Part shown: positions 11,651 through 25,240 of the stretch, piece by piece
Layout: each line of letters begins with the position of its first letter
Position numbering within the stretch: position 1 is the first letter of the stretch
Origin: Lama guanicoe
Lineage: Eukaryota
DNA length: 64,000 nt
Assembly: GCA_013239625.1 (NCBI GenBank)
Contig: MU054187.1
Span: 3,111,757 to 3,175,756 of the forward strand
Direction: 5' to 3'
Translations under genes and position numbers: made by a program
Notes under the pieces: model-generated
What the model saw: only the letters and a program-made list of their open reading frames with translations
What the model was told of the DNA's origin: nothing
Database searches by the model: none

Positions 11651-13871
11651 CTATTCTGTACCTGAATGACAAAACCGAATGAAATCAGAATAGGTGATCT
11701 TTTTTAACTCTTCCCCCGACTCTCCTTCTTTTTTCTTTAGATGTTTTTTTCAAACTTTCTCTCTCGAAAGGTAATCAGACACGGAGGAAGGGGACTGGGG
11801 GTCACCACCGAACAAACGTTTCGCTTACTCCTCACAAGAACTAGTGAGCTGCACATTACACCACTTACTCTAGATACAAGAAAAGGAAAGCTGAGAAAGC
11901 ATGATTATCCACACAGGGCCGTGTAGCGCCAGGGGCGAGCTCCGTCGTGACTTCACTTCTGTGTTGTGAAAGCCTGTTTTTGTACCAGGTGATTCAACGA
12001 TGTCATGTGATATGTGGTTATTATCGTTTAAAACCAAAGGGCACTTTATTTAGGAAAAGGAGGACCTTCAATTTGCTTTTATCAAGAAACTGAACTCCTT
12101 ATGAACACTGTTGAGGTGAGATGACCTCAGCTTTAAGTGGGAGTTATCTGTACATCAGAGGAGACTGAGATTCTGTCTCACACGTGTTTGTTCTGCCTGA
12201 ATTTTAGTGTTAAAAGTGCACAAAAATCACCGCTAGAATTAAAACAAAAGGGGAAGCACTCACATCAAAATCACTGCAACCTGCACCTTTTCAGTCATAA
12301 GAAATTGGAAGACCTTCAACCTCTTCTGAAAACTGATTTTAAAATAGTTCCAGTATTAGTGGATCCATAGATTTTTGTTTTTCTTCATGATATAAACCTT
12401 CATACAGAACATTTCAATTTTTATTTACAAGGCACCTTTAATAACAAGTTATCAGGTTCTTTGAAAGAGGTGTAAGTTTGAACAAACAATAGATAATGAT
12501 TCCACACTTTCTGAGGTGTTGCTACACTTCCGTGAAAGGGGCACCCCCTTGTCTGCTGCGAACCCTTACCTGGCTCATTGCGGGGACGTTAGCGCCTCCA
12601 GGAACCTCCCCTGCGTCAGAGGCACACACAAGAGCAGGTATTCCAAACACCTCCAGGTTCAGAAAGAGATTTAATCAAATGGAAGACTCTAAGATCCACC
12701 TCATATCAAATTCTAGAAGTCTTTTTCCCCCTTTAGACAGAGGCCTTTATTCTGGCATGAACCCTGCCAAGACGGAAAGGCATGTGTCCCTTGTCAGAGC
12801 CTGGACGTCTGTAAGCCGTTCCCCGAACCCTCGGGTGGTCAGTTCCCACCATCTCTGAGTGACCGCAGGACGTGGCAGTGACATCTGAGGGGCTCGTCAG
12901 AGCACTGTTGCCCGGCCCTTAAGCAGTAAGTGACAGCTGATCCGTTCACGGTGCTGCCTTGGGTCCCTGGTTCCTTCCCATTCAGAATGGGCTCTTCCCA
13001 CTTAGCTCTGCACGTTTGCAGCTCATGCTGAGAGTGGAGGTTTGTTCTTGGCAAAGGCTTGGGTCACGCAGCTCCTGTGTGACTGGGCTCCGAGGTGACA
13101 CAGCAGGCTGCGGTGGGTGGCGGGAGCGGGCCTCAGTGGTGTTCATTCTGGTCTCTTTGACGTTTCTACACGTATTTACCTTGGATCCCTGTAAGGCCAC
13201 AAGTTCCCGGTGGCTGGGGCCATGTTCCCTCCTTTACAAACCCTCCGTTGCTCCATGCCTAGCACGTGACTGGCCCTCAGTGCATGAGCTTGGATATGGA
13301 AGGAGAGCTTAATGAATTACGATCTCATTGCAGTCTCCCAGCAGCCCTTTAAAGCAGGTCCCCGTAAGGTTCCTAATAATTACAGAAACTTGCATCTTAA
13401 AGTTCATATGCAAGAACAAATAGGTATCACTAAAATTAAGAATTTTCAAAATAAAATAAGTAAGAGCATGTCCCCCTATAAAATGTGGGAATGCATGTCC
13501 ATAGTCAATCCGTTGCTTAAGTAGGAACTGCTAGAGGTTTTTCAAAGTACAGGCATCTAATTTGACATCTGTCTTTCCCTCCAAATGACTGGGTTCTTAA
13601 CACGTTAGATGAGAAACTTAGGAGAGCCCCGAAAACAACAGATTCCAAGCCTTGGCTTGCGTGATCAGATGAATAGAATAAACAAGCGATCAAGTGTGAG
13701 AAAGGCGAAGACTCTGAAATGTTCCGTTAGGGGCCACACGGGAGAGGAAGCACCTGAGCCTTCCTGGACGTCAAGCGTCCTAAGCAAATGCTGCAGAGCC
13801 AGCAAACGTGATCATAAATACTTCATTTCCTTGGGATAGAAAACAGTTTTTAAAAAATGCTTTAAAGAATA

Positions 13872-14060
13872 GAGCCGCGCCGCGCGCTGCAGTCGCGGCT
13901 CCGGAGCCCTGGCGGTGCGTCCCGACGCTGCCGCGCCCGCTGAGCCCCGCACGTGTCGGCTCCCGAGCCGGGTCGCTCTGGGCTCTGAGGGCCGCCGCGA
14001 GCTCGCCCGCCTCCCTCCCCAGGGGCTCCGACCTCTCTCCTGCGCGCCGAGAAGCGGGTT
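13872..14060. promoter_or_regulatory. Small orphan CpG-island-like patch
   Basis: ~190 bp of dense CpG with an abrupt start after tttaaagaatag; E-box CACGTG at 13950-13955. Confidence 0.55.
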
Positions 14061-14240
14061 CTAGCTTCACCGCTTACCAACTGGCCGATCTGGAGCTCAT
14101 TACTTAACCTCAGCTCTGATCTTCAATTTATACTCTTTAAAATGAGGATGTTTATTTAACCGTGAGGCTGAGTGTGAATACTGCCCACGTGCCCTGCCTG
14201 GAGCGCAGGCTACAGCAGGGCTGTTACCATTAGCATTAAT
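14050..14240 (+). mobile_element. MIR SINE
   Basis: gggttctagcttcaccgcttaccaactgg...tcattacttaacctc...tttaaaatgaggat resembles the MIR core. Confidence 0.6.
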
Positions 14241-17200
14241 AGTCCAGTGTGGACAGACCTCTCCTTACCTGCAGCCCCCTTCTCTGTTTCTCGAGGGCAT
14301 TGTGACTCTTTGCCTATTTCATTTACCTGATCCTGCCTAAAATACTGATTTTATTTAAAGGAGAGCACTTTGCATTTTGAGGAATATAAAGTCATTCACA
14401 CCACAGAAAGGGCCGAAGCCAGGCGGCTTCAGGGATGGAGGTCGTGGACACAGGGGACTTTCTTTAGGGCAGCACCATGAGGTTCAGTCATCTCCACTCA
14501 AAGTTCAGAGTCCTAGAAAAGCTGGCTGAACTTGAACCTCATGCCCCACCCTCGTCCAGGAGAGGAGAGAGCGCCTTGCTGGGGGTGAGCCTACACACAG
14601 GGTGGAGGTGCACTTACTTACTCAAGGGAAAGCTGGGATGCTGCCACCACAGGTAAGGCTGGGCAGCGGGCCCAATGGATGACCACCACACACACGTCTG
14701 TGTGACCCCCAGTCTTCAAAGAATTAGCAGGGACATCCAGGCTGCGGTGCTGGCTGGGTGAGAGAGTATTTCTCTCACAAACTCTTCACTCCTCCAGTCC
14801 TACGTATGACTAACAGGTCTCCCGTGGAAATCCTCTTTTGTCCTCTGATTTTGTGTTAGTATTATTATTAATCCATTTATCCAAAAAGTATTTAAAGTAC
14901 CACTCTGTGTTCAGTAATAGATGAGGCAGTATGGAAATTTGTAAGTCAGAAATAAGGCATGATGCTCCCCTCGAGGGGTTTATAATCCAAATAAAGTCAA
15001 GACATTTGACACACAAGAAAGTAGTATAATATAGGATTGTGTCCAAATTTGTAAAGCAAGTGATGGCATTTCTTTTATTCCACATTTCTAGAAAGTAGCT
15101 TAAATTCTTCCAATGCACTTCCAGAGAGTTACTGAAATTCCTCTAAATTGTTCACGGTAATTAGAATGAAACATACGCTGTGGTTGTTCACCTTTGCTCC
15201 AGCCTTCCTTGTGCAGTTGCTTGAGTTGTTTGTTGATTTAACACAGAGATAAGGGACAGAAAGACGCTCAGGGTGGAGGCTAGAGTCCTGTCGCGGGCAG
15301 CTGGGCACACGCGATTCCCTGTCTTTGGAGGGTAGCAGGTGTTGCGGTGCGAGAAGAGAGCTCGACGTGGGGTGTGATGAGGTTGAGCCTCTTGAGCCTC
15401 CGCTAAAGTCCTCTTTACTCCTTTTGCGAGAGCCACTTCAGCCAGTAAAAAAGGAAAGAAGTCAAAGGAGAGGGAGATAACAATGAAAGATACAACTGAC
15501 ATTTCAAAAAATGTATATATTTGAATGTATTTACATTCTATTTAGTGAGACGGAAGGTGCGTTGCTTCACTAGATTTATTTATGTTTCTTACTTTTGAAT
15601 TTTCTTCTTTCTCCTCGCAACCCCTCTTCATTTTTCTCTCCTTTCTCTAACAGTTTTATCCTTTTGTTCTCTCAAGCACTGAGTATCCCATTTCTTTTCA
15701 TTTGTGATAGTCCTCATAACGTCCAGAAATACTAAATTTCTTTCCTTCTAAAATTAGTTCCCATTAACTGAGACCAATTTAGCAAATCTTCGAATAAAGA
15801 AAATGGATGGTCCTCAAATAAAGGATATGGATAATCTTACTTGTGTCTCGAAAGTAAGTTTACTTTTCTAGATGAAATTTCCGTAGTGTCAGTTCCAAAA
15901 TTTGCCAACTAACATGTTGGAGAAGAGAATTTAAAGAAGAGATCCTTGGCTCTTGTGCAGTGGACAGAACTAACTCAGTGACCCTGTCATGTGATTTTGT
16001 TGCATCTCAATTGTGTCATTTACTTTTGATTATTCTTGACTCTCCATGACTGATTTGGGCCATACAATCCTTTTAAAATAGCACTCCCCAAAGTAAGCTC
16101 TAAGAACTCTGATTTCATGGAAATTTAACGTTCAGGCTTATGGGAAAGAGAACGGGCTGGGGGAGTCCTGGGTTAAACCAACAAGAGGGTGTCATTTCTC
16201 AGGCGCACTGGAGAGTCTCCAAGCTAGACTGCAGCCCGTGCCGCTCCTCCTGAACTCGGGCAACCAGGCGTCCTTCTTTCTTCCCACAGAGAATCATAAA
16301 GGTTTATTATTCTGTGGTAAACATTTTGGGAAATGCAACATTAGATTGTCTGAATATTGCCTTATGGCATTTCTCATTCTACAGAAACATTGGTGTCGAG
16401 TAAAAGCATTTACTGTATACGATTTCAGAGGTACTGAAGGGGCTATACAATCTTTTTTTTAATTAAGAATTAGTTGTTTTCTGATATTAACTACCGTTGA
16501 TGATATTAAGATCAATACACATCCTGATTTTGGCAAAAAGAATCACAGCAGTGGGTTAAATAAAATAACAAAAAAACTTAGCACATCACACATATTTGAA
16601 ATAAAATGCAGCGTAAGACTTGCTGTTCCCTCATCCTCCTGGCTGGGTGTCCCCTGTGCGTCCCGTCACCCCTCCCAGTGAGTGTCTGTCTCAGCGTTTG
16701 TGCAACGTAAGTCCCGCCGTGTGCCTGCGCGCACTCCGGATTTCACAGGCCTGCGCGACTGTTTCACTTCCTCGCCTGGCTATTTTTGATTTCGTTAAGG
16801 TACAGAGTTTCAGTTCACAACTTACTTTTTTAAAAAAGATAATGACGAATTCTACAAGTTCAGTGGTTATTTCCAGATAAGCATACGTGTTGCACGCACA
16901 ACTGCAATATTTGGAAATTGCATTTTGGGTGGCGTGGACTCTGCACTGAACTGTGCAGGATCCGTCACATTGTAGCAAACACCCATGTGAACATGTGCAC
17001 GTCAGTCATTCCAGTGCAGTGACTGTTAGAATGAACGACATTGCACTGCGTGGGGCTGACAACTGTCATTGTTTTCTAGAGAATATTGGAAACAGGCACC
17101 AACCGGAAAGGGAAACTAGACACTCCATGAAATGTACCGTCACGAGTCTCAAGCATTTAGTTTATTTGTCTCGATTGTTTTGGTTTATTTATCTCAAGTG

Positions 17201-18441
17201 TTTTAGATTATTTGCTTTTTTAAAATAAGGACACTGGTTTTGTTGTGTGAGAGGTGAAGCAATGCAGGAGCATTCAGCGATCTGAGCTGTAAGAGTGGAA
17301 ATGGCCAAGGTCTTGGGCTCCGTGTGTCCATGTGAACAGGGCAACTCTGTCCTGTACCATGGCTCCCCACTCAGCGTCCACTGGCGACTGTGGCCCACGT
17401 GGACACCTGGGCCAAAACAACCAATGGCTGAGGTCTCCAAGTCAGCGTGCCAACCGCGTCTGTCTGACCCACACTCTCTCCACTTTTGATCAATGTCGCG
17501 TCCTTAAAGTGTGGGAACAAAATTTATTGCCTGAACCCATAAGCCTTGGAAGGGCTCTGGTTGAGCTGCTTGGCTCACAGTTACAGGGGGCAGTTTGGTG
17601 GCACTTCTGCACAAACAGCCTGAGGACCCTAAGGACACAGGGGTGGGACAGGGTGGAAAGGCAGGGTGACGGCTTGTGGATTCAGCTTGTGCAGTCCTGG
17701 GCTCTCCATGCTCCTGCACGACCTGACCGTGCAGCTCAGGGTCACCTTCGTGTTCATGGTTTTCCTTGGTTCTGTGAACGCCACATCCTGCCCTCACTGT
17801 CACGTGGGAACCGGGAGAGTCAAAGAGAGGAGACGGGAGGCATCCACATCTATGAATATAGCTCTACAACACACTCTCTAAAAATAGTTTGCTATAAATA
17901 TTAAATGTCAAAAAGAACCAAAAATAACTGCTGTTTATCTAAAGAGGATGAACCTACAGGAAACGGTAATTTTTAAGGAAAGTCAAATTTTAACGTAAAG
18001 TCGTTTGAGAATGTGTTTTATTTACTGTGTATTATTTATGTGCCTTATGACCAGCGCTCTCATTTCTCAGAAGCCTGGGGCACATGTGTGAAATATAAAT
18101 GGAATAATTAAATCCAACAGTTAAAATCCCCACAAAGGAAAAAAAAATCAATGTAATGTTCTTATTTGCAATTTAATTGAAGAAATCACTTAAAACATGT
18201 AACAACTTAAAGAATTTAATAAGGCCGTCCCCTCGTCTCCAAAACAAGGAGACTGACTCTAACCTAATATCCACCCCCGGTTGTTTCTCACGCAGGAGCC
18301 TCGGGCCTCTGGCCTCGCAGCCCACCACAGGGGCCGTCATCTCGTTTATTTTCAAGTTGTGTGTTTCAGTAAATATTTGCTAAAATGCATGTATGTGTAT
18401 ATATGTATATGGTGTATGCGCATACATGTATGTATATAGGT

Positions 18442-18468
18442 ACACACACACACACACACACATACACA
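18442..18468 (+). repeat. (CA)n microsatellite after a TA/TG low-complexity tract
   Basis: acacacacacacacacacacatacacac read directly. Confidence 0.9.
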
Positions 18469-19069
18469 CTTCTATTTCTGGTTCAAACTGTGATTCTGGA
18501 TCCAGGAATTTATTGAAACAAAAGGTTATCTCTAAACAGCACTGGTCATGGGGCTTTCTTCCGCTTGACTAATGTTTAGTTAAAAAGGAATCCCTTCACT
18601 TCAGCCAGAAACTTTGATATCTCGCCAGTAAGGCATTTTTCTGTTTAAAGGATGAAGTGAAGTCTCAGCAAAGGCGCAGGCAGCGGCTGCTGCCCCCGGT
18701 CGGATGGGTCCCGTCAGGTGTCCGTGGCCAGGTTTCCAAGCTGAGCTTACCCGCCTGGGATGAGAATCCTGATGGTCCTTGCTTTGATTTATTCTGCCTG
18801 CAATGTAGGCAACAACACAAGCCTGCCCTACACTCCCATTGGGTTGACGGTTGGTGTCACTGTCCACATTATGTGGATTTCCACTCAGCACTCTAACCAG
18901 TGCGCCTGGGCATGACCAGAGGTCATGAGCAAAACAGCATGAAGTAAAGAGGGCACGGGGAGACTGGGCTGGTGGACCTTGCGTTCCACCTTTCCTTGGA
19001 CCCTGATCTTTCCTCTGTTTGTTTCAGCCTTCTCCCTACCTAGACTTCAGCCTTTGGCTTATCTGGAGC

Positions 19070-19820
19070 CAAGTTCAGGGTCTGGAATGTAGTAAGTGCT
19101 CAATAGATAGTTGGATGGATGAAGGATGGATGATGGATAGATGGATGAAACGGAGAAAGAGGAAAGGAGAGAGGGAGATAAGAAGGAAGGAAGGACTTGA
19201 ACACCATTTCCCTCCTAATGAAACTCTCCTTCCTTGCTGGGTCTCTTCTCTCTCTTGTGCTGATCCTCTCTGTCTCCATCACTTTCTTCTATGAAGGACA
19301 TAGTACCCTCTCCAGCCCTGGTCCTCTGAGTGTCTCTTTTCTCTCCATTCGTGTGGCTACCACATTCTTGTGGGTTTCCCATAGGATTCGCTCAGCCTCC
19401 CTACAGAATCTTCTTCTTGCATCGCCAAATTCCAACTGGACCATCTGCATTATGCGTCTCCCACATCCTCTAACCAAATACAGCTATCTCAAAATTAATT
19501 CGGTGGGTTTTTTTCCTCCCAAGTTCTCCATGTCTTCCTGGTCCCTGTGTAAATTTTGGTGGCTGGGCTCAAAATCTCACAGTCCTCTTTGCCCCTTGCC
19601 TCTCCATTGCCTCGTTCTGTTTGTCTCAGCCCCAGCACCCCCCCACATTGCTCTCACTCTGTGCTGATTGTGTTGCAATTTTCTAAACAGGCTTCCTGAC
19701 TCCATTTTCTTCCCACTAAAGTTGATACTATGCACGGAAGAACAATTAATTTCCCCAAATTACTTCCCTGTTCATGTTACTCTCTGATTTAAAAATCTCC
19801 AGTGACTTGTTATAGCTTAA
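19070..19820 (+). mobile_element. L2 LINE fragments with (GGAT)n tail
   Basis: gtagtaagtgctcaatagatagttggatggatgaa is an L2 3' end; the pyrimidine-rich body to ~19810 (catgttactctctgatttaaaaatctccagtgac) is L2-like. Confidence 0.55.
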
Positions 19821-22022
19821 GGCAGTGGTTTCCTGGAATTTTGGATATGATAGAGCAGTAAATAAAGCAATTAGAAAAAAATCAAAACTAGAAAAAACTT
19901 AGGGAGGGAACTCATGTATTTATTTCTCCTAGTAAAGATGTTTGTTAAATCTCCATCAGTGGAGCCATTATTACAGTTTAGCCCTCGGTAGTAGGCATGG
20001 CAATCTCAGACAACCTTTTACATGGGAAACAGCACTTTTGTGAAAATCTCTGACATTGGCCAGCTTTATCTCCTTGCTCCTTGGACGGGTGACACCGTTC
20101 CTACAGCAGCAGGCACCGTCCAGCCCTGTGGAGCCCCACGCAGCACGTGCTGTCCCCTCTGCCCTCGCCTCTCCTCCCACCAGCAGCTGCCCAGTCTGAT
20201 CACGTCTGAGCACTGACAGTCTTACTTAAGAGGCAGATGCCATGTCCCTGACCTCTTCACAGGCCTTGGTTTTCTCCTCTTTACAATGAAGACTTTGAAA
20301 TAAACGATGATGAGGTTTCTTCCAGTCCTAAAGACTATATTGTTGACTGATTGATTTACCCAATCAAAGGTGATAGCTCTGTTCCTTTAAATCTGGTTTT
20401 CTGTTGCAGAAACTCGAATTAAAATGTCGAGGATTATAGGCAAAAGTTTTCCCATCAGAAGATGATGAATAAATCAAACTATGAAATTGAAGCTGTTCTT
20501 TATTCACACCTGGGTAGCTTGACATCTGTAAATTGGGGAAGCAGAGAACATCCTGAGTGAATGGGACAGAATGATGAAAATATGCATTTCATGATTTTAG
20601 TCGGAGGGAAAATAAAACCACTGCTGACATCTTAAGAGAGAATTTGCCCTCCCACCTCACTGAGCTGCGAAGGACCCACTGATTCAACTTACATGGGCGT
20701 TTTCCATCCCTTTGGTTTTGCTTTGTGCTCCTCCAGCCCACCTACCCCTCCCACTCTGACTCAAGTGGAGTTCAAATTGAGGTTAGCCAAGAGAAGGAGG
20801 AGGGTGAGCCATCAATCATACCAATTCTTATTTTTTGGCAAAGGAATAATGAGGCTTGGGATCCCTGGTCTTGGCAGATGGACGTGATCTCACAAGTCTG
20901 CTATGCGGATTCCCAGTGCTCCCCAGAAATTGCTGAGGGGAAAATGCAGAGGAGCATGGACACGGGTCCACGTGGAAGCCCCACCTGCAGAGCAGAGGGC
21001 TTCATCGACCCTACGCGTTCCACCCAGTTGGTCTAGTTTGAAAGAGTTCCTACCCCTCTGTGTATGCGAGGAGCAGGGAGCGAAGTCAGCTTGAGATTCT
21101 TAACTCCTGCATAGTCACCTGCAGAATTCCAGCCCTGAGGGCCGGTTATCATTTCAGATCCGTTTAGTGTAGCTGGGAGTTTCACAAATACTTGATATTG
21201 ACTTCCCTATCAAACTGATGGATGGGCTCATGAAAGAAAGACGTTTTGTCCTTTCCAGTTTGATGTCTTCCTGACAAGGCGTATTGGTTCAGAATTGAAT
21301 CCCTTCCCAAGCTTGTCATTCCTGACCACCGATCACTTCTTGCCTCTCAAAAGTCATTCCCTATTAGGCTGTGCATCCAAGTCCCCCAGCTCTTGTAGCC
21401 AAAGGGAGGGACCTCGGGATAGCTCTTATATACGAAAAGTGGAATCTCACTTTTGGTGTGGGCAGGGACCTTCTGGTCATTAATGATGCTTGACCGAGTG
21501 CCAGGAAGAGGCCATTAGCCGGGTGCACTGCTGGGAAGTGCTCATTAACGCCCACCTGCCAGCCGTGGTTTGGATGTGCATGAGCTGCATGTTCCCAGCC
21601 TGGAAACTGTGCTTCTCTCTTGGAAAGCATGCAAAGATGAATTACACTCCACCGTCATTCTGATGCTTTGCCCCAAGACATCAGAGAGACAGGAAAAATG
21701 AAAATGGTGGTCAGTCCCCCACACGTTTGGTGTGCATGAGGCTTTTTTGGAAACATCAGGTGAATGACCAAATGTTTTCATGTTTATGAACATATAGAGA
21801 CTCATGGATAAGCTTGACTTTGACCCATAAGAGGGTTTAGTTACATGCAAAACCCATACTTTAAAAATTACTTATGAGCTAAATGAAAAAATAAAAAAGA
21901 ACAGTAATAACAATATATCAGAACCTTAGGGTGGTGGCTTCTGTCGCACTGAGAAAGCACGTGTTTGGCCCTCTCTGCCTCCTGTCTCATTCGCAGGCAT
22001 TTCCAATAAGGAGGGAAAGGAT

Positions 22023-22474
22023 TGTATTAGTTAGTTTCCAGGAAAAGGGAACCAATAGGGTATATTATGTACAGGAAGAGATTTATTGTGAGGAATTGGC
22101 TCATGCAACTCCGGAGGCTGAGAAGTCCCACAGTCGGAGACACAGGAAAGCCCACGGTTAGTTCCAGTCTCAGTCCAAAGACCTTCCCCGTCCAAAACCT
22201 CCCCCGAGACCAGGGCAGCCAATGGTGTAATCTCCTTCCAAGAGCAGAGAACCCAAGTAGGCAGAGAAAAGTGCGAATTTCTCCTTCCCCCATCTTTCTT
22301 GTCTATTCAGGCCCTCAGTGAATTGGGTGATGCCCACCCGCACTGGGAAGGGAAAACCAGCTTTGCTGAATCCGCTCATTGACGTGCTAATCTCAGCCAA
22401 AACGCCCTCACAGACACCCCCAGAAACCATGTTTAACCTGGGAACCTTTGGATCCAGTCAGATCACCCATTACA
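22023..22474 (-). mobile_element. MLT2-like (ERVL) solo LTR
   Basis: TGTATTAG...aaccaatagg...gaattggctcatgc...ggaggctgagaagtcccac...cctcacagacacccccagaaa...CATTACA; 5-bp flanks AGGAT/GGGAT. Confidence 0.85.
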
Positions 22475-24088
22475 GGGATCAGCCAGTGCACGTCCATGAG
22501 CCAACCGCAGCGTGGCCCGCCTCCTGGGGCCTGGTTCTCTCCACTTCGGGCATTTTCAGCTCTTCTCTCTCTCCCCACCCCGCCTCGCCCCACGCGCTGC
22601 CTTCCGGCTCTGTGTGATGCGCTGTCTCTTGCAGCCATCTCTGAGCCTGCATCCTTCTCAGGCTGTGTCCATCGGTGTCTTTTCTGCCCTCTCTGAGTAG
22701 GGCTTGGGTGGGAAGGGGGAGGGTGCAGCTTTGGGAGAGGAGGTAGGTGTAGGGAAGGCTGGGCAGACTGGTTCGGGGAAAGTTCTGTTCACGGCTCACT
22801 TTTCACTCTGTGTTTTGATCCAGGCAATTGATTATAAATTAGAGTCACTAAGTTGGAAAGGGAAATTCATTGTAAGGGCACAGAGCTGTCTCACGGACCC
22901 GGCCTCAGAAAGGGCAGAAAGTACAGTGTGTTCACTGGTCCCAGAGCAGTAGTTCATGGGCTGTCCTGCCAGTGTTCCACCGAGAACGAAATTCCCCTGT
23001 ATTCCTGCGTGTCTGCTGGTTTGGGTCCTGCTACTGACTTAGTCTCAGGTTCCACTCCACGCTCCCCAAAGGGGAATCGGCTCCAAGCCATCCTTACGTC
23101 CACCAGGACACAGTTCCAGCCAGACCGTCGATGACTCCCCTCCAGGTCAGGAGCAGCATTTGGTCCAATCAGCTGCTCTGGGAGAAGGGTGTACCCGCAG
23201 CCTGCAGTCCGCAGGCTCCGGAAGAAAGCAGATTCTTTGAGGAGGTGGGGGCGTGCCATACGTGCAGGGCACATATGAGTGCAGGGCCAAGGGCTGTGAC
23301 ATTTGCACTGCAAGGCGGGCCCTGTTTCCCAGTCACAGAGCAGGGAGGGGGAAATGCCCCAAACTGTGCAGGTGCCTGCCTGCGACTCTATAGGACCCTG
23401 CAAAATGGTGACGTCTGACACGTTTTCATGAGCTTTTCCCACATTTGCTTTAGCACCTTGTCTCCTTAACTCCGTTGAAACACTCGCCCTTAATATTGGA
23501 TTGAGAAAACGCAGCAAGCATATATGGTTGCAAACACTCTGAATAAACTGCAGAAAAAATGCAGGAGCAGAAGACAGGGTTTCAAAGGTTGTGATTATTA
23601 CATCTGCGGACTTAGAGATGAAAGACAAAAACTGACTGAGAAAAATTGTCCTAAATGGGAACCCAGGGAACTGCGTCAGAGCCAGAAGGAGCTAGTGGAC
23701 AAGCACCAGAGTCAACGCCATCATCGATCTCCTAAGGCCCAAATTAACATCGTGCAGAATTTAGCAAACAGTGGTCAAGACAGGTATTAGCCAGATGTCA
23801 TTCCCATGGCCCAGGAGTGAAGAAGCCATCATTACCCACCTAGAGGCCACTCCCAATTTCACGGAATTGTAACAGCCGGGGGCTCCTTAGACCTAAAAAT
23901 GCCGTCAGGCTGGCACCCAACCCACAGACTGCAATATTCTTCTCAAAAAAAAAAAAGTTCTTATTGTATTTAGAGCACGCAAAATCAGATCTTTGGAAAA
24001 ATACTTTGTTTTCATCCTTGTCCACTTACAGCTACCTCGAGAATATTTTTCATTGAAAACATGAATTTTGAATGAAAATGGTTGATAA

Positions 24089-24249
24089 GGGGGGAGGGTA
24101 TAGCTCAAAGTGGTAGAGCACACACTTAGCATTTATGAGGTCCTAGGTTCAATCCCTGGTACCTCCTTTCTAAAAAAAAAAAAAAAAGTAAATAAATAAA
24201 CCTAATTACCACCCTCACCCTCCCAAAAAAAACCTGAAAAAAAGAAAAA
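24089..24249 (+). mobile_element. tRNA-derived SINE, camelid Vic-1-like
   Basis: Pol III A-box TAGCTCAAAGTGG and B-box GGTTCAATCCC; A-rich tail; perfect 15-bp TSD GAAAATGGTTGATAA at 24074-24088 and 24250-24264. Confidence 0.9.
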
Positions 24250-24784
24250 GAAAATGGTTGATAAAAACCAAAGAGGCCCAAAAGTCACCCCGAATTAGAC
24301 ACCCCGGGGGCTGAGCCTGAAGACCGCCTCTGAACTTGAATGTCTTCAGTCTGAACCAGCCGTTTCTAAATGTCTTCCATGGAAATCACCCCACATGACA
24401 CATATCACAAAACCTTATTACTTCCTATTTCGAAGTCTTGTTAAAATTTGTATCACGCCAATAGTTTTATATCAGGAGGAACCATGGCAATGTTGAGTGA
24501 TTCTAAGGTAATTGAAGCATATTTATTTTAACAGGCGTTGTGATCTGGCAGCCAGTGAAGCAGACGCAGGGGTGCTGCAGCCAGTGGGGACGCGGGATGC
24601 CTTCTCGCCAAGAAGACAATAATCAGACGCAGTAAAGTCACCGTGAGAGCCAGGCGTGGTGTCCCTGGGGCCCCCTCAGGGCATCCACAGACCCCTGGCC
24701 GAGGAGGCGTCTCAGCGGAGTGACAGGAACACGGACTCGGTGTCGGGGCTGTCAGTGTCCGTGGACGAGGGTTTCAGTTGCCAT

Positions 24785-25240
24785 AATAGCCTCCTGTGGG
24801 GCTGCTGTGACAAGTGATAAAACTGAGGGGCTTAAGACAACAGAAATTTATTCTCTCATAGTTTAGGAGGCCTCACGGCTGAAATCCAGGTCATGGCAGG
24901 GTCGTTTGGTCCCTTCCGAAGCCTCTGAAGGAGAATCCGTTCCCAGCCTCTCTCCCAGTTTCTGGGGGTGCCCGGCATTCTTGGGGTTCCTTGACTTGTA
25001 GACGCATCCTCGACTTTCTGCCTGCATCTTCATGTGGCCTCTCCCCCGCGTCTCTGTGCGCCGTCTCCTGATAATGTTGCCTGTCGTTGGCTGTAGGACC
25101 CACCCTAGCCCAGGAGGCTCACACCTCCACCCTTCCTTCAGTTACTTCTGCCAAGGTCTTATATCCACATAAGGTGACATCATGAGGTTTCTGGTGGGTA
25201 GGAATTTTGGGTGGGGGGACTCACTGTTCCATCCACCACA
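24785..25240 (-). mobile_element. MLT1 (MaLR) LTR, MLT1B/C-like
   Basis: ggcttaagacaacagaaatttattctctcatagttt...ggagaatccgttcccagcctctctcccagtttctgg...catccaccaca. Confidence 0.8.

Noticed and set aside
16070..17150. Possible old DNA transposon remnants (short palindromes such as TGCAAT...ATTGCA)
   Set aside because: I could not define terminal repeats, TSDs or a family by eye; needs RepeatMasker.
22954..23790. 224-aa minus ORF and 88-aa plus ORF
   Set aside because: No recognisable homology and no convincing exon boundaries; plausible by chance.
24089..24170. tRNA gene
   Set aside because: It is a SINE head, followed by an A-rich tail and flanked by a TSD.
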